This document shows, in pieces, positions 8,446 to 17,696 of a stretch of 64,000 nt of DNA (the stretch's first letter is position 1; each line of letters starts with the position of its first letter). A program made the translations under genes and the position numbers. The notes under the pieces were generated by a model. It did not search any database. It had not been told where the DNA came from and saw nothing but the letters and a program-made list of their open reading frames with translations. This DNA is from Euzebyales bacterium (GTDB lineage Bacteria > Actinomycetota > Nitriliruptoria > Euzebyales > JAHELV01), in assembly GCA_035461305.1 (NCBI GenBank), contig DATHVN010000050.1, positions 801-64,800 on the forward strand, written 5' to 3'.

Positions 8446-9321
8446 CTAGAGTGCGAGGACGCGGCACGGACCGCCCGAGCCGTCCTCCCACGGCACGACG
8501 CCGACCACGGCACGCCAGGGGCGGTGGCGCACCCGGCCGAGGTTGGTGAGGTTCTCGACGCCGTAGCGCCCGGTCGCCAGGAACTCGCTGTGGACCGCGA
8601 AGGTCGTCGAGTTGCCGGGGTCCAGGCTGGTGGTGTCGACGCCGATGGCGGCGATGTCGCGCCGGTCGGCGAGCCACATGGCCGCCTCGATGCCGAAGCC
8701 CGGGAAGTTGTAGTCCGGAAACGCGGGCCCACCGAGGAACGCCGCTGGGTCGTCGGCCTTGCGCGCCCAGCCCGACCACATGCACACCAGCGCCCCGCGC
8801 GGGATGCGGCCGTGCCCGCGCTCGTGGCGGCGCAGGTCGTCGACGGTCACCTCTGCGTTCGGGGCGCGGCGCGCACGCCGGCGGATGTCGATCACGACCA
8901 GCGGCGCGACCAGGTCGTCGGGTTCCAGTTCGTCGACCAGCGGCATGCCCGCGGCGAAGTGCCCCGGAGCGTCGACGTGCGTCGCGGTGTGCTCGGCGAA
9001 CGTCCAGTTCTGGGAGTAGAAGCCATCGGCGGCGATCGTCGTCGCGGTCTGGCGGGTCGGCTGGACGCCGGTGAAGGTCGGGAAGTCGGTTGTGAACCGG
9101 TGCGTCAGGTCGACGACATCACGTCGACCACCGTGCCCACGTCGGAGTCCGCCGTCCGATCCCGCTGCTGGCGTGACCGCCCCGACGGTCGTCACGGCAG
9201 CGCCGGCGGCAGCCACGCCCCCGGCGCGGAGGAACGCCCGGCGGTCGAGTGGTTGGGCATCGGCGGTGATCGTCTGGTGGTGCTGGTGCGGTGCGGACGC
9301 GGTCGTCTCACGCAGGCACAT
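8446..9321 (-). CDS. Cyclase / arylformamidase-family protein with a Tat signal peptide
   Basis: RRAFLRAGGVAAAGA is a twin-arginine signal. HTATHVDAPGHF matches the kynurenine-formamidase-type HxGTHxDxPxH motif. Confidence 0.75.
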   Translation of the reverse strand: MCLRETTASAPHQHHQTITADAQPLDRRAFLRAGGVAAAGAAVTTVGAVTPAAGSDGGLRRGHGGRRDVVDLTHRFTTDFPTFTGVQPTRQTATTIAADGFYSQNWTFAEHTATHVDAPGHFAAGMPLVDELEPDDLVAPLVVIDIRRRARRAPNAEVTVDDLRRHERGHGRIPRGALVCMWSGWARKADDPAAFLGGPAFPDYNFPGFGIEAAMWLADRRDIAAIGVDTTSLDPGNSTTFAVHSEFLATGRYGVENLTNLGRVRHRPWRAVVGVVPWEDGSGGPCRVLAL

Positions 9322-9522
9322 CGGTGGGCCCCCTGGCGTCGTTGGTCGCAGTGAACCTACAGCGGCGACACGGCGGTGCGCATACCCTCGGCGCTGGCGC
9401 GGGTGGCACGATCCTGGAGGACGAACGACGTGGCATGGCCGCTCCGGGAGTCACCCGCCCACATACGGCCGTACGCCTCCGCACCGCGCGCCGGTCCGGC
9501 GGCGCTGGGGAGCCAACCTGCG

Positions 9523-10797
9523 CTATGCGTTGACGTCGCTCCCCGCAGCGGGGTCGATGCCCGCGGCGGGGTAGGCGTCGTCGGCCTCGGCTGCCCCGCA
9601 GTCGACCGCACGCCGCAGCGACGCGAGGAGGGCGCGGATCGTGGCGGGTTCGTCGACGACGCCGCCGTCCCCTCCGCCTGTGGCGCCGTCGCGCGTCGCC
9701 GACCACGCCGCGAGCCGCGCGATCGTGTCGTCGAGGTGGGCCAGGTGGAACGCGTGCACCGTCGCGAACCGGCTGACCAGGTGCGACGGGTGCATGTCCC
9801 AGCCCTGGTAGAAGCCGTGGACGAGGCTGTGGCGCACCAGGGCGGCGTGGTGCGACCACACCGCGTGCACGGCCTCGCCGGTGACGTCGGACGGCGCGCG
9901 GTTCGTCGACCCGTCCGACAGCCTGATCCCGGTCCCGGCCAGCGTGACCTGCATGACGTGGCGCGCGAAGTCGCACGCCGGGTGGTCCAGGCGCTGTTGG
10001 TCGCCCGGCAGCCCGCACGCCGCGGTGTAGTCGAACACGCCGAAATGGGCACCGACCAGACGTCCACCGGCGGCGTCGACCAGCGCCGGCAGCGCCACCC
10101 GGCCGGCGTGACCGATGACCGACTCGGGCGTCTCGACCTGGATCTCGAACACCAGCCGTCGTTCGGGCAGGCCCAGCGCCCGTTCGAGCCGTCCGAGCAG
10201 GCCCGCGAACGCCTCGACGTGCGCGACGGCGACCACCTTGGGGAGCGTGACGACGAGCCCGTCGGGCAGGGTGCCCCCGGTGGCGTCGAGCACGTCCGTG
10301 ACGAAGCCGTCGAGGGTGCGGATCGCCCGCCGGTGGTGGCCGTCGGCGAACGACTTGACCCGCAGCCCGATGAACGCGGGTCCGTCCCGCGCTGCCGCGA
10401 CCCCCGCGGCCCGCGCGGCGTCCGCGTCCTCCTCGGCGTCGTCGCGGACACCGTAGCCGTCCTCGAAGTCGATGCGCAGGTCCTCGACCGGTTCGCTGGA
10501 CAGCTTCATGGCGACACGGTCTCGCACCTGTCCGGCGATGCCGGGATCGATGCCGACCGTGCCTGCGAGGTCGGCGGGATCCGCCGCGTGGGCGTCGAGC
10601 AGGCGGACCGCCTCCCGGCCCCACGCCGTGACCGTGCCGCCGTCGACCCGGTCGGCCGGCACGTACACTGTGTGCACGGGCTGGCGGCCCGACCACGCTC
10701 CCCACCTGCGCCGCGCCGCGTGCGCATCGAGCGTGGCCTCGACGACCGCGACCAGGTCGTCGACCGCTCCCGGTCCGAGCGTGGTGCGCAGGGTCAC
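9523..10797 (-). CDS. Aldolase / citrate-lyase-beta / malate-synthase-like TIM-barrel protein, the last gene of the purine operon
   Basis: The ORF 9523..11115 frame includes DLRIDFEDGYG and VVTLPKV..FEIQVETPE, which look like CitE/HpcH motifs. The start is uncertain (GTG 10797) because the ORF's upstream part overlaps uraH. Confidence 0.5.
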   Translation of the reverse strand: MTLRTTLGPGAVDDLVAVVEATLDAHAARRRWGAWSGRQPVHTVYVPADRVDGGTVTAWGREAVRLLDAHAADPADLAGTVGIDPGIAGQVRDRVAMKLSSEPVEDLRIDFEDGYGVRDDAEEDADAARAAGVAAARDGPAFIGLRVKSFADGHHRRAIRTLDGFVTDVLDATGGTLPDGLVVTLPKVVAVAHVEAFAGLLGRLERALGLPERRLVFEIQVETPESVIGHAGRVALPALVDAAGGRLVGAHFGVFDYTAACGLPGDQQRLDHPACDFARHVMQVTLAGTGIRLSDGSTNRAPSDVTGEAVHAVWSHHAALVRHSLVHGFYQGWDMHPSHLVSRFATVHAFHLAHLDDTIARLAAWSATRDGATGGGDGGVVDEPATIRALLASLRRAVDCGAAEADDAYPAAGIDPAAGSDVNA

Positions 10798-10838
10798 GGC
10801 CCCCTCCAGAGCCGGATCTCTGCGCGTGATGGCATCGG

Positions 10839-11189
10839 TCAGCTCCCGCGGTAGGTGCTGTAGCCGAACGGGCTGAGCAGCAGTGGGACATGGTGGTGCT
10901 GACCGGCGTCGGTGATCTCGAATTCGACGCGCACCCGTGGGTAGAACGCCGGCACCCCACGCTGCGCGAACCAGTCGCCGGTCTCGAACGTCATCCGGTA
11001 GACGCCGGCGTCGATCACGGTGTCGTCGGGGATCAGATCGGGCGCCCGGCCGTCGTCGTCGGTCGTGGCCGCACCGACCCGGTCCCAGCCGCCCTCGGTG
11101 TTCGCAGTCTCGCACAGGATCCTCAGGCCCTCGGCGGGACGACCGCGCGCGGTGTCGAGCACGTGGGTCGACACGCTCACCGCGACCAC
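10839..11189 (-). CDS. uraH: 5-hydroxyisourate hydrolase (transthyretin-like)
   Basis: VSTHVLD..GRPA..., HHHVPLLLSPFGYSTYRGS, with the diagnostic C-terminal YRGS. Confidence 0.9.
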   Translation of the reverse strand: MVAVSVSTHVLDTARGRPAEGLRILCETANTEGGWDRVGAATTDDDGRAPDLIPDDTVIDAGVYRMTFETGDWFAQRGVPAFYPRVRVEFEITDAGQHHHVPLLLSPFGYSTYRGS

Positions 11190-12712
11190 CGGCCGATGCC
11201 CGTCGCGGGGTGCGCTGCGCTGCTCATTGCCGTCCTCCGTTCGGGGCGCGTCATCGCGTCGAGCCGGCGGCGCGTGATCCGGCGCTGCTGCTCGGCGGCC
11301 ACCTCCAGCTCGGTGGCGGGGTCGTTGCCCAGCCGCTCCTGCAGCTCGGCGAGCATCTCATCGGCGGGCCGGCCCGAGGCGTCGATCAGGAACACGTGGC
11401 CGAACCGCTGCTCGTAGGTGTGGTTGCCCTCGGCGAGCGCGTGGAGCACCTCGGGGTCCGCCCCGGCGGTCCCGGACTGCTCGTCGCGCGTGTGCGCTGG
11501 ACCGGAGCGGTCGCCGATGCGCGGATGGGCCGCGAACGCCTCGCGCCAGTCGTCGGGATCGAGCTTCCACCACGCCTCATCGGCGGTCGCGCACAGGTCG
11601 TCGAACCCGCCCAACGGCCGCCGCGCCAGCATCTGCTCGACCCACCGCGACGAGGCGCAGCAGTGGGTCAGCGCGTCGCGCGCACCGCCGAGGGTCGCTG
11701 CGTCGAGCCATCGGACCCCGGCGCGGCGCCAGCCGTCGTCGGTGACGCGGCCGAGCACGCGCAGCCGTGCGACGCCCCCGTCGGGGTGGATGCGCAGTCG
11801 CACGTGCGACGCGGCCCGGGGCTCGGCGATGTCGAACACGTGGCGCGCGTGGGGTCCCAGCGGCGACGTCGGCACCACCTCGTGCCAGATGTCGGCGGCG
11901 ATCGCGAGCTGTTCGCCACTCGCGGCGGGACGGTGGCACGCGTCGAGTGCGCACGACTGCGGGTGGTTGCCCAGGAAGTGCGTCGTGTCGACCTCCACCC
12001 GGTCGACCAGGCCGACGGTGGCCAACCGCACGACGACCCAGTCGTGGCCGTCGTCACGCCGGCGGCGGGTCTCCCAGCCGTCGCTCATGTCGCGGGCATC
12101 GCCGACCTGCAGGATCCGGTGGGCCGGGGAGAAAAACTCCTCGCTGACCGCCTCGACGGCGCCGCCGTTGACGACCGCTGCCAGGTCGAGCGCACCATGG
12201 CGGTCGGCGGCGAGCCGCAGGTCGGTTACGGCGTCGCCGAGCACCCGCAGACGGGCGACACCGCCGTCGGGAGCGATGCGCAGGCGGACATGGGTGACCC
12301 GCGGACCGGCCCTGACGTCGAGGTGGTTGATGTGGTCGGCCCGGAGGTCGGTCCAGTCGACCAGCGGCACCCACGAGATCCCCCGCGCGTCGTCGAGCAC
12401 CGGCGTGGCGGCCGTGTGGCCGTCCAGCGCCCACCGTGCCGGCGCGTTGCCGCGGAAGTGGGTGGTGTCGACGATCACCCTGCGCACGACGCCGGGCGCG
12501 CCGAGGCGGACGACCGCCCAGTCATCACCGGTGGGGGAGTGCCGGCGGGTCTCCCAGCCGTCCATCTGCTTGCCGCGCGTCCCGTAGCGCGTGGGATCGA
12601 ACGCGGGCGGCCCGGTATCGAGCAGGTGCTCCTTCGGCGCGAACCACTCGTCGCTGGCGTCCAGCACCAGGCCGCCGAGCCGGCGATCGGCCAGATCGAT
12701 CCACGTCCTCAC
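11177..12712 (-). CDS. alc: Fusion protein: allantoicase (two repeats) plus OHCU decarboxylase
   Basis: Two allantoicase repeats (QMDGWETRRH.. and MSDGWETRRRR.., each ending GGVARLRVLG) continue in frame into LTHCCASSRWVEQML..AFAAHPRIGD.., the OHCU decarboxylase signature. GTG 12712 overlaps the allB stop (GTGA). Confidence 0.85.
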   Translation of the reverse strand: MRTWIDLADRRLGGLVLDASDEWFAPKEHLLDTGPPAFDPTRYGTRGKQMDGWETRRHSPTGDDWAVVRLGAPGVVRRVIVDTTHFRGNAPARWALDGHTAATPVLDDARGISWVPLVDWTDLRADHINHLDVRAGPRVTHVRLRIAPDGGVARLRVLGDAVTDLRLAADRHGALDLAAVVNGGAVEAVSEEFFSPAHRILQVGDARDMSDGWETRRRRDDGHDWVVVRLATVGLVDRVEVDTTHFLGNHPQSCALDACHRPAASGEQLAIAADIWHEVVPTSPLGPHARHVFDIAEPRAASHVRLRIHPDGGVARLRVLGRVTDDGWRRAGVRWLDAATLGGARDALTHCCASSRWVEQMLARRPLGGFDDLCATADEAWWKLDPDDWREAFAAHPRIGDRSGPAHTRDEQSGTAGADPEVLHALAEGNHTYEQRFGHVFLIDASGRPADEMLAELQERLGNDPATELEVAAEQQRRITRRRLDAMTRPERRTAMSSAAHPATGIGRWSR

Positions 12713-14067
12713 CGTGCCTCCCTGCGCAGCAGTCGTCCCCGCGGCGGTCCGGTCACCGCACCACGGTCGTAAACCATGTGTCCCCGCACCCACGTGGTCA
12801 CCACACGACCCTGCAGCTGCGCGCCGTCGTAGGGGGTCACCGGGTGGCGGTGCTCCAGGGCCGCGCCGTCGACGACCCACGTGTGCTCGGGATCCCAGGC
12901 CACGACGTCGGCGTCGAACCCGGGTGCGAGCGCGCCCTTGTGCTGCAGGCCCACCAGCCGCGCCGGTGCCGCGCTCATCCAGTGGACCACATCGTCGGGG
13001 ATGTGCCCGCGGGACCGCGCGTGCGTCCACACCACGGCCAGGCCCAGCTGCAGCGACGCGATGCCGCCCCACGCCCGCGCGATGTCGCCGGTGTCGAGCA
13101 GCTTGCGCTCCGGGGTCGTGGGTGAGTGGTCGCTGGCGACCAGTGTCAGGGTCCCGTCGGCGAGCGCGGTCCACAGCCGGTCGCGGTTGGCCGCCTCGCG
13201 GATCGGTGGCGCGCACTTGAACGCGGTCGCGCCGTCGGGCACGTCCTCGGCGGTCAGCGCCAGGTAGTGGGGGCAGGTCTCGGCGGTCAGGCGCGCCCCG
13301 GCCCGCGCTGCGTGGTGCAGTGGTGCGAGCGCGTCGGCCGACGACAGGTGCAGGACGTGGGCGCGCGCGCCGGTCCCGGCCGCCAGCCGTCCGACGGTCG
13401 TGACCGCCCGGACCTCGGCGTCGTCTGGTCGGGACGCCAGCCAGGTCGCATGTGCGCGGCGATCGCCCTGGTCGAGCACGTACGCCGCGTGGGCGAGCAC
13501 CTCGTCGTCCTCGGCGTGGACCAGGGTCAGCGCATCCAGGTCGGCCAGGCGTTGCATCGCCTGTTCGAGCTGTCGCGGAGTGACGCGCTCGAACTCGTCG
13601 ACGCCCGAGTCGGCCAGGAACGCCTTGAACCCGAAGACCCCGGCGTCGTGCAGGGCAGCCAGGTCGGCGGCGTTGCCCGGTACGATCCCGCCCCAGAACC
13701 CCACGTCCACGTGGCACGTGCCCTCGGCCGCCGCGCGCTTGGCCTCCAGCGCCCCCACGGTCACGGTCGACGGCACGCTGTTGAGCGGCATGTCCAGCAC
13801 CGTCGTCACGCCGCCCGCGGCCGCGGCCCGCGTGGCGGTCGCGAACCCCTCCCACTCGGTCCGGCCCGGTTCGTTGACGTGCACGTGGACGTCCACCAGT
13901 CCCGGCCCCACGACCAGGTCACCCGCGTCAACCACGTCGCCCGTGGGCGCGGCGTCGCGGTCTGTGACCGCGACGATCGTGCCGTTTCTGACGTGTACCG
14001 CCGCTGGCCGCGTCCCGTCGGGTCTGACGACCCGCTCACCGCGGATCGTCAGCAGGGTGGCTGTCAT
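12709..14067 (-). CDS. allB: Allantoinase
   Basis: GLVDVHVHVNEPGRTEWEGF, FKAFL (carboxylated Lys context), VHAED, SDHSP. Confidence 0.9.
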   Translation of the reverse strand: MTATLLTIRGERVVRPDGTRPAAVHVRNGTIVAVTDRDAAPTGDVVDAGDLVVGPGLVDVHVHVNEPGRTEWEGFATATRAAAAGGVTTVLDMPLNSVPSTVTVGALEAKRAAAEGTCHVDVGFWGGIVPGNAADLAALHDAGVFGFKAFLADSGVDEFERVTPRQLEQAMQRLADLDALTLVHAEDDEVLAHAAYVLDQGDRRAHATWLASRPDDAEVRAVTTVGRLAAGTGARAHVLHLSSADALAPLHHAARAGARLTAETCPHYLALTAEDVPDGATAFKCAPPIREAANRDRLWTALADGTLTLVASDHSPTTPERKLLDTGDIARAWGGIASLQLGLAVVWTHARSRGHIPDDVVHWMSAAPARLVGLQHKGALAPGFDADVVAWDPEHTWVVDGAALEHRHPVTPYDGAQLQGRVVTTWVRGHMVYDRGAVTGPPRGRLLRREAR

Positions 14068-14115
14068 CGCAGGCACCCTGCCGGGAGACGGTGGCGAACG
14101 CAACCGCCACGCCGG

Positions 14116-15492
14116 CTATGCGGTGGACACGGGTGACCGGTCGTCGCTCGTCCAGGGCCTGCTCCGCCCTGCGCCGCGCCACAGGACCCGTGCCGCCACG
14201 TCGGGACGCAGCAGCGCCGAGGGAGGTGCCACCATCCCTGACACGCGCATGAACGCCCGTCCGACCGCGGCGTCGACCGCCGCGGCGGCGTGCACCCGGG
14301 TGACATAGGCGCCGACGATCCGCGTGCCGGCCGTGCGGGCACCGTCGACCCCCGGGAAGGCGAGGTCGGCTCCGCGCGACATGCTCCAAGCGACGTCGGT
14401 CGCGCGCACGAGATCGCGCTGGAGGTCCGGATGCCGCGGCCGTCCGTGGCGACGCAGGTGCCGCCGCAGCGTGAGCGCCTGTTGCGCCGCGACCGTCATG
14501 CCCTGGCCGTAGATCGGGTTGAGGCTGCACACGCTGTCACCGACGGCCACGACGCGTGCCGGCATGTCCGCGAGACGGTCGTAGCGGCGGCGGGTGGCGG
14601 CAGGGAAGCGGTAGGCGACGGCGTCGTCCAGCGGCTCGGCGTCAGACATCGCGTCCGCGATGTCGGAGAAGTGCAGCGAGCGGGCGAAGTCGGTGAAGCC
14701 CTCGGGGTCGGTGGGTGGCTGGTCGCCGAGCATGCCCGCCAGCGTCACCATGGCCTGTCCGTCCTCGACCAGCGCGAGGGCACCGCCGCGCGCCTGCTGC
14801 GGCGTGAGCCCGTGCAGAACGCCGAGGTCGCCACCGAGCGCGTCGCGACCGAGGCGGTAGCGTCGCGTCGCGTAGCCCACGCCGATCGGTAGCTGCTCGT
14901 CGCAGGGTCGTGTCCGCCCCAGCTGCTCCAACCATGCTCCGAGTCGCGAGCCGCGGCCAGAGGCGTCGACCACCAGGTCGGCGGCGAGTTCCTCCTCGGC
15001 GCTGCCGTCCGCGCGGCGGAGCAGCCGGACGCCGCGGACGCGATCGCCCCCGCGTGACATCGCAACTCCGACGACGTCGCAACGGTCGAGCATCGTGACG
15101 TCGGGCCGGGCTGCGACGCGGGCACGAACCGCCGACTCGAGCAGGCCGCGGCTGACGTGGATCAGCGTCAGGTCGCTGGGCGCCTGGCGCAGCCGGTGTC
15201 CTGAGAAGTACAGCCTGGTGTCGTCGAGCACGTCGCCCACCGGGGCTCCCGCGGCCCGCAGCGCGTCGGTGATCCCGGGGAACAGCTCCTCGACCGCCTG
15301 CTGCCCCCCGGCGAGCAGTGCGTGGACGTGACGTGCCTGCGGCGTTCCCCGTCGCGGCTGCGGACCGGTCGACAGGTCGTCGCGGTCGACAACCGTGACC
15401 CGGCAGTAGGCGTCGGCGAGCACGCGTGCGGTCAGCAGTCCCGCCATGCCGCCGCCGAGCACCAGTGCGTGGTTCATGTCGTGCGGGATCAT
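14116..15492 (-). CDS. Class-A FAD-dependent monooxygenase, the first gene of the purine operon
   Basis: GGGMAGLLTA..VTVVDRD (dinucleotide fold), DLVVDASGRGS, VGDSVCSLNPIYGQGM. ATG 15492 lies 6 nt after a perfect AGGAGG. Confidence 0.8.
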   Translation of the reverse strand: MIPHDMNHALVLGGGMAGLLTARVLADAYCRVTVVDRDDLSTGPQPRRGTPQARHVHALLAGGQQAVEELFPGITDALRAAGAPVGDVLDDTRLYFSGHRLRQAPSDLTLIHVSRGLLESAVRARVAARPDVTMLDRCDVVGVAMSRGGDRVRGVRLLRRADGSAEEELAADLVVDASGRGSRLGAWLEQLGRTRPCDEQLPIGVGYATRRYRLGRDALGGDLGVLHGLTPQQARGGALALVEDGQAMVTLAGMLGDQPPTDPEGFTDFARSLHFSDIADAMSDAEPLDDAVAYRFPAATRRRYDRLADMPARVVAVGDSVCSLNPIYGQGMTVAAQQALTLRRHLRRHGRPRHPDLQRDLVRATDVAWSMSRGADLAFPGVDGARTAGTRIVGAYVTRVHAAAAVDAAVGRAFMRVSGMVAPPSALLRPDVAARVLWRGAGRSRPWTSDDRSPVSTA

Positions 15493-15561
15493 CGTGTGCC
15501 TCCTTCACAGTCCATGCGAAGGTGGCGTGCGCGGTTGTCCGGTCTCCAGACCAGAACGTGT

Positions 15562-17622
15562 TCACTTCTGCTCGGTCCGGACTGCGTAGACCTCGCGCTC
15601 CCACAGCCACGACACGATGCGTTCGACGCCCTTCGTCAGATGGCGCCGGTAGGTGCTCCACGGCAGCCCGAGCACCTCGGCCGCCGCTTCTTGCGTTGCG
15701 GCGGGCCGTAGGTAGGTCCGGTCGACGGCGCGCAGCAGCTTGTCGTCGCGTGGGTGGTCGCGCAGGGTGTCGATGGCCTCGTCGAGGCAGGCGCGCAGGG
15801 CATCGACGTCGGGCTCGGCGGCGATCCGCTCGCGGAGCAGGCGGGTGCGCAGCAGCGGGTTGCGCTGCAGCAGGTCGGGGCGGCGCAGGTCACGCAGCGC
15901 CTGGCGCACGGCATCCGTGAAGTCGGGCTGTGACAGGACCAGCACCTCCGGCGCCGTTGGCGGCGGCAGCGTCGGGTCCTGTGCGAGCGCGCGCTCGGTG
16001 ATCAGCTCAAGCCAGCCGTCGACACCGACCCGCCGGAAGTCGTGCGCGAACAGCCCGTAGCAGCGTCCGCCGACCGTGAAATCCCCGCCCTCGACCCGTG
16101 CCAGGTCGGCGACCGCGAAGTAGGCGTCCCAGCGGTCGGGCTCGGCGAGCGCGAGGAAGTCCCAGCTGAGGTTCGACTGCTGCAGGTACCGCTGCAGCGT
16201 CAGGATCGGCGTCGCGTTCAGCGTCGGCGAGGGGTCCTGGTAGCACTCGGCGTCGACGACGAACCGCGTGAGGGTGACCAACTCGCCCGGGCGTGGTGGC
16301 GCGGTCGCGCCGGCGTGGGCCATCGCCGCCGCGGCGCCAGGATCCCACGCCAGGCCGTCGTCAGCGACCGCGGCGAGCTCGACGAGCCCCAGCACGCCTC
16401 GGACGTCGCCGTTGGGACGTCGCAGCACGTGGAACGCCTCGGGCTGCAGCTCCCACCAGCGCTGTGCGATCGCCGCCGACGCCTCGCCCTCGGCGCCGCC
16501 CACCAATGTGACGATCGCGTCGCGGTCCTCCGGGCGGGCGGGCTCGGCGTACCGCCGTCCCCAGGCGTCCCAGTCGACGGGCGACAGGATGCTCGGCAGG
16601 TTGCGGAACACGAACTTCTCGTCGAACAGCGCGCGCTGCTGCTCGTGGCCGCGCAACGTGGCGAGCCGATCGTGGATGTGTGCGCGCACGCGACGGAAGA
16701 CGGTCGCGTAGCCCTGCGGGTCACGCCACCGCAGGTCGCGGTCCAGCACGTCCCGCGCGAGGTCGTGGGGGAACGCGCCGTCCGATCCGCTCTCGACGAA
16801 CGACAGCTGCCGTAGCCAGGCGAACACGTCGGTCGCGTCGTCGAGGTCCAGCGCGTCGCGCAGCAGCGCCTCGGTGGTGACGCGTGCCAGCGCGCTGGCC
16901 TCAAGCGCCCGGCGCTGCAGGCCGGTCGGCACGACATCGACGAAGCGGCGGACCAGCACGCCGACGATGTCGGGCGTCATCGGGTCGGCGTCCGGCCCGG
17001 CGTCACCGTCGGCGGCGGTGTCGGCGAGCAGCGACAACGTGAGCGGGTGCCCGTGGGAGATGCCGGCCAACTCGTCGTGCACGGCCGGATCGACGCCGCA
17101 GCGCTGCAGGTACGTGCGGCTCTCGTCGGGCGTCAGGTTGCGCAGCGACACGATCCGCAGCAGGTCCCGCCACCCGGGGTCCGCGCGCCATCCCGCACCC
17201 GGTGGGTTCCGTCCGGCGAGCACGGTCACCGTGCCAGCGGGCATTGTCGGCAGCAGGTCGTCCCGGATCCACCCGTCGACGGCCTCGAGGAGGTCGTAGG
17301 AGTCGATCAGCAGCACGATGGGTCCGTCGACGTCGGTGATGCCGACGAGCGCTGCACGCACCGCGGCGACCGTCGGCGTCAGCTCGCGTCCGTCGTGGCG
17401 CACGACGGTCACACCGGCGTCGTGCGCGTCGTCGGCCAACGCGTCGAGCAGCTGGGTCTTGCCGATGCCGCCGGGACCGTGCACGTACAGGACGGCGAAC
17501 GGTGACGCCCCCGCGAGCACCGCGCGGAACAGCTCGCGATGCGCCGTCCGACCGACGAACACTTGGCGTCTGCGGCTCGCCAACACGTCGCCGAGCGTGT
17601 CCGATGCGTCGGCAGCAGCCAT
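15562..17622 (-). CDS. STAND-type P-loop NTPase with a C-terminal HTH (large ATP-dependent transcriptional regulator)
   Basis: Walker A HGPGGIGKT, Walker B VLLIDSYD, a long middle domain, and the C-terminal ATQEAAAEVLGLPWSTYRRHLTKGVERI. Confidence 0.7.
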   Translation of the reverse strand: MAAADASDTLGDVLASRRRQVFVGRTAHRELFRAVLAGASPFAVLYVHGPGGIGKTQLLDALADDAHDAGVTVVRHDGRELTPTVAAVRAALVGITDVDGPIVLLIDSYDLLEAVDGWIRDDLLPTMPAGTVTVLAGRNPPGAGWRADPGWRDLLRIVSLRNLTPDESRTYLQRCGVDPAVHDELAGISHGHPLTLSLLADTAADGDAGPDADPMTPDIVGVLVRRFVDVVPTGLQRRALEASALARVTTEALLRDALDLDDATDVFAWLRQLSFVESGSDGAFPHDLARDVLDRDLRWRDPQGYATVFRRVRAHIHDRLATLRGHEQQRALFDEKFVFRNLPSILSPVDWDAWGRRYAEPARPEDRDAIVTLVGGAEGEASAAIAQRWWELQPEAFHVLRRPNGDVRGVLGLVELAAVADDGLAWDPGAAAAMAHAGATAPPRPGELVTLTRFVVDAECYQDPSPTLNATPILTLQRYLQQSNLSWDFLALAEPDRWDAYFAVADLARVEGGDFTVGGRCYGLFAHDFRRVGVDGWLELITERALAQDPTLPPPTAPEVLVLSQPDFTDAVRQALRDLRRPDLLQRNPLLRTRLLRERIAAEPDVDALRACLDEAIDTLRDHPRDDKLLRAVDRTYLRPAATQEAAAEVLGLPWSTYRRHLTKGVERIVSWLWEREVYAVRTEQK

Positions 17623-17696
17623 GCCCTCACCCTATCGGGTGGCCGGGGACCACAGCACGGTGCCGGTCCATTGCCGGGGTCCGTAGACTCCCGCGT

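Noticed and set aside
9322-9522. Riboswitch or sRNA in the 200-nt gap upstream of the Tat-cyclase gene
   Set aside because: I read the minus-strand sequence looking for known riboswitch cores (guanidine, TPP, glycine, SAM, cobalamin types). I found only generic GC-rich stems and nothing I can support.
9523-15492. Canonical uricase (Uox/PucL) or allantoate amidohydrolase/ureidoglycine route genes in the purine operon
   Set aside because: I looked for them in all frames of the operon and its flanks, and none is present. The bicupin at 61329 was considered as a ureidoglycine aminohydrolase, but it lies in an unrelated operon, and allantoicase makes that route unnecessary.
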